Positions 61,631 through 64,000 of a stretch of DNA of 64,000 nucleotides are shown here, in pieces. How positions within the stretch are numbered: position 1 is the first letter of the stretch; each line of letters opens with the position of its first letter. A program made the position numbers and the translations under genes. Origin of the DNA: Octopus vulgaris (Eukaryota); the NCBI GenBank assembly GCA_951406725.2, contig OX597830.1, positions 41,602,001-41,666,000 of the forward strand, in the 5' to 3' direction. The notes below the pieces were generated by a model. The model made no database searches and was not told the origin of the DNA. It saw nothing but the letters and a program-made list of their open reading frames with translations.

Positions 61631-62024
61631 TAACAGTATCGCCCGGCGTTGCTCGGGTTTGTTTCAACCCTTTAGAATTGGAATTTTTGAAAATTAAAAA
61701 TTTTGCATTATGTAGCTTGTTATTCTCCTTAAGTGAACATTTTTCTGGTTGAAATACACCGAAAAATGGCAACACAGCAATAAAAAAATTGTAAAAAATA
61801 GGGATTTTCATAGAAAAAAAAAGCACCTTTTTGATGTAAATAATTTTTGGTGTTAACATGGTCCGATTTGAATTTTTTCTTCTACGGAAGGAAGAGCAAG
61901 CCTTCTTCTATCATACTCTCAATTTTGGTCAACTTGCGCCGCAGGGTCTCGGAGGAGATAGTGTTAGTTAAAGGCTACCAAACCTGCCATACACAGACAT
62001 CTTCAGCTTTATATGTTTATATAT
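61630..62024 (-). mobile_element. Non-autonomous Helitron-like element
   Basis: Minus-strand 3' end has hairpin CCCGAGCAACGCCGGG followed by ..CTGTTAG|T (CTAG-like terminus); inserted in (TA)n. Confidence 0.65.
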
Positions 62025-62025
62025 A

Positions 62026-62271
62026 CAGGTATAGAATCCTTTATCTGGAGATCTAAAATTCGAAAATCCCTCAAAACCAAACGTTTTTTTGTGAAGAGTG
62101 AATCGCGTCATAACAGGGATCGTTTGGTGCGCAAACAGCTGACTACCAGACGTCTGTTTTCATGTCCAGTTTACAATCTGGGGCAGCTGACTTTTGTCCT
62201 GAAATCCGAAAAAGTCCGAAATTCAGAACACAACTGTTCCAAAGTGGTCCGGATAAAGGATTGTGTGCCTA
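62026..62271. mobile_element. pogo/Tigger-type MITE
   Basis: TIRs CAGGTATAGAATCCTTTATCTGG / reverse complement TAGGCACACAATCCTTTATCCGG. Confidence 0.6.
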
Positions 62272-62299
62272 TGTATGTATGTACGTATGTAGCTATATA

Positions 62300-63498
62300 T
62301 AGTAGTGGTCAAAATTAGGGCGGACGTCGGAGATAGGTAGCTCCAAGTAGGAATTTCTCCGTTTTGACAGAGAATTTTCAGATTTTTTTCACGGTCCCCT
62401 TGATCTTTTTAACGTACAAAAATAAAATTTTTTGAGAAATTTTTTTCTAACACTATCATCCCCTGTGAGAGTGAGAAAGAAACAAGGAAGGTGGTCATAG
62501 GATATGCTAGAAACAATAGCCAAATCTCTCTTTAATTACACCTTTTCGTCTGAACATATTTAATTTTTTTCTTTTTTACTAAAAATGCGTCTCATAGTTT
62601 TTAAGTGCATAGGGCCCCCCAAAAAATCATCGTGCTTACAAAATCAACCAAAATTGGTCCGGGAAGGAGGGGTGAAAAAAAAAACATTTTTCGAAAATTT
62701 TACTTTGTATGTGTCAAAGATGATCCAGATCATTTCCAAGGGCACCGTGAAAAATAAAAAGAAATCTGAAAAATTCCCGTCAAAACTAGAACGAGCTCGT
62801 TGGCAAAGACTAACCTCACTTTTCGGTTCTTCATACAGATGACAGGTTTAATGGCGGGGGGGGGGACTGGGTATAAAGTCCTATTTCTTTCAAACGACGA
62901 ACCACAGTCTTCCAAGACACATTGATTCTGTAATCACGATTTACTAGGCGAGAAATTCCTGCAGCAGTATCGAGGCGGTCTCTCAACGACAGCGTCTGGA
63001 TCACACAATCTTGCCGAACACTTGTTTTCCGTGGTCTCCCTTGTTTTTCTAATAACACAAAAAAAGTTTGTTTCTTCATAAAGCATTGAGTATTCTTGAA
63101 ACAACACTCTTTGATCTGTTAATGTCTCTGGCGATAGCAGAAACTGCAATTCTTTCTTTTTTCAATGTGACTACTCGCTTCCTGAGGCTTTCATCAACTT
63201 TACGTCGGCTTTCCATGGTTGTTAATTAACTTTCGCACTGTTAGATCAACTTTATTTACATAGGTCGGAGTGTTGCCAGATTTTACTTTTTGAAGTTTAC
63301 GCTCTACGTTCTCTCATTTTATCCATCTTCTATTTTTCACATAAACATTTTCTGTATTATAAATTATTCCTACAAAAATTATTGTAAATAATGAGCATAC
63401 TGTAAAGTATATACACCAAAAATTTTATTCGGAAAAATGAAGTAGAGAAGTAAATCTCTTTAATTTTTATTTTCGTTCTCTAATTTTGGCCACAATTA
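62300..63498 (-). mobile_element. Tc1-like transposon relic (N-terminal DNA-binding region kept, catalytic region replaced)
   Basis: TIRs TAGTAGTGGTCAAAATTAG / reverse complement TAATTGTGGCCAAAATTAG. ORF from ATG 63216 with GRPRKTSVRQD..VSWKTVVRRLKEIGL..KPVI..NRKVRLVFA, broken near 62790. Confidence 0.8.
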
Positions 63499-64000
63499 TA
63501 TATATGTATGCATTTCGAGACGTACATTCCTGAAAAAACCGGTGCTTTCAAACGAATTCTTTATGTAATAGATTCAACGACTCAGTGCTTGCGATATAAA
63601 ATGAATTTTTTAAAAAAGTAAATATGTTAGGCTGTAAATACAATCGATAAAGAAATTTAAATATGAAAAGCTACTTTTCAAACTACTAGAATATTTTTCT
63701 CAAGAGGAAGTAAGTCGTAGTAGAAAAGGGGTGGTTCACAATTTAAAACGCATAAGAAAGAGTTGAAGCTCAACTCAAATTTGGTTGATGTAAACATTAA
63801 CCCCAAATTTAATTTAAAACAACTATATCTTCGCATCTTTCGATAAATTTCCTCCGTGGCAACGGGAAAATTATAATTGAACTGGAGTACTGCATGATCA
63901 TTTATTCTTCCACCTTGCAACTCAACCCAAGATAACGAGTTGCAGTTGTCTCAACTAAAAGAGATCCCTGTCGTAAATCGTCAGAATACCAAAGGAATTC

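Noticed and set aside
341-64000. The many 60-150 aa ORFs in the track with [16 protein letters not shown] runs or [15 protein letters not shown]
   Set aside because: These are translations of microsatellites and recurring SINE sequence, with no splice-consistent coding context.

Overview
AT-rich, repeat-dense animal genomic DNA. The tRNA-derived SINEs, microsatellites and RTE tails suggest an octopus or other coleoid cephalopod (inference). One complete host gene is present: PEPD (Xaa-Pro dipeptidase/prolidase) on the minus strand, 57811->18381, with 16 coding exons, all GT-AG, 1503 nt = 500 aa + stop, and all five metal ligands intact. A probable last exon of a plus-strand gene (PKKTHEEL*, ER-retention-like) lies at 3437-3463. 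The rest is mobile DNA: several SINE families, RTE, Tx1/L1 and Penelope fragments, mariner, maT and Tc1 relics, and piggyBac-, hAT-, Harbinger- and Helitron-type non-autonomous elements. A 3.56-kb hAT transposon with TIRs and an 8-bp TSD sits in PEPD intron 1 and carries nested MITEs. The most notable signal is a set of hammerhead-ribozyme-related, Penelope-like structures. (i) A ~600-bp palindromic element has two head-to-head tRNA-derived (Pol III) heads, a hammerhead-like core in each arm and a ~35-nt one-sided tail; it occurs twice, each time bounded by a 12-13-bp target-site duplication. (ii) A 154-bp spacerless palindrome is made of two minimal type I hammerheads. (iii) A separate well-formed type I hammerhead lies at 60527-60585. 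(iv) A Penelope GIY-YIG relic lies at ~47.6-48.0 kb. All coordinates were read by eye; no searches or computations were run.
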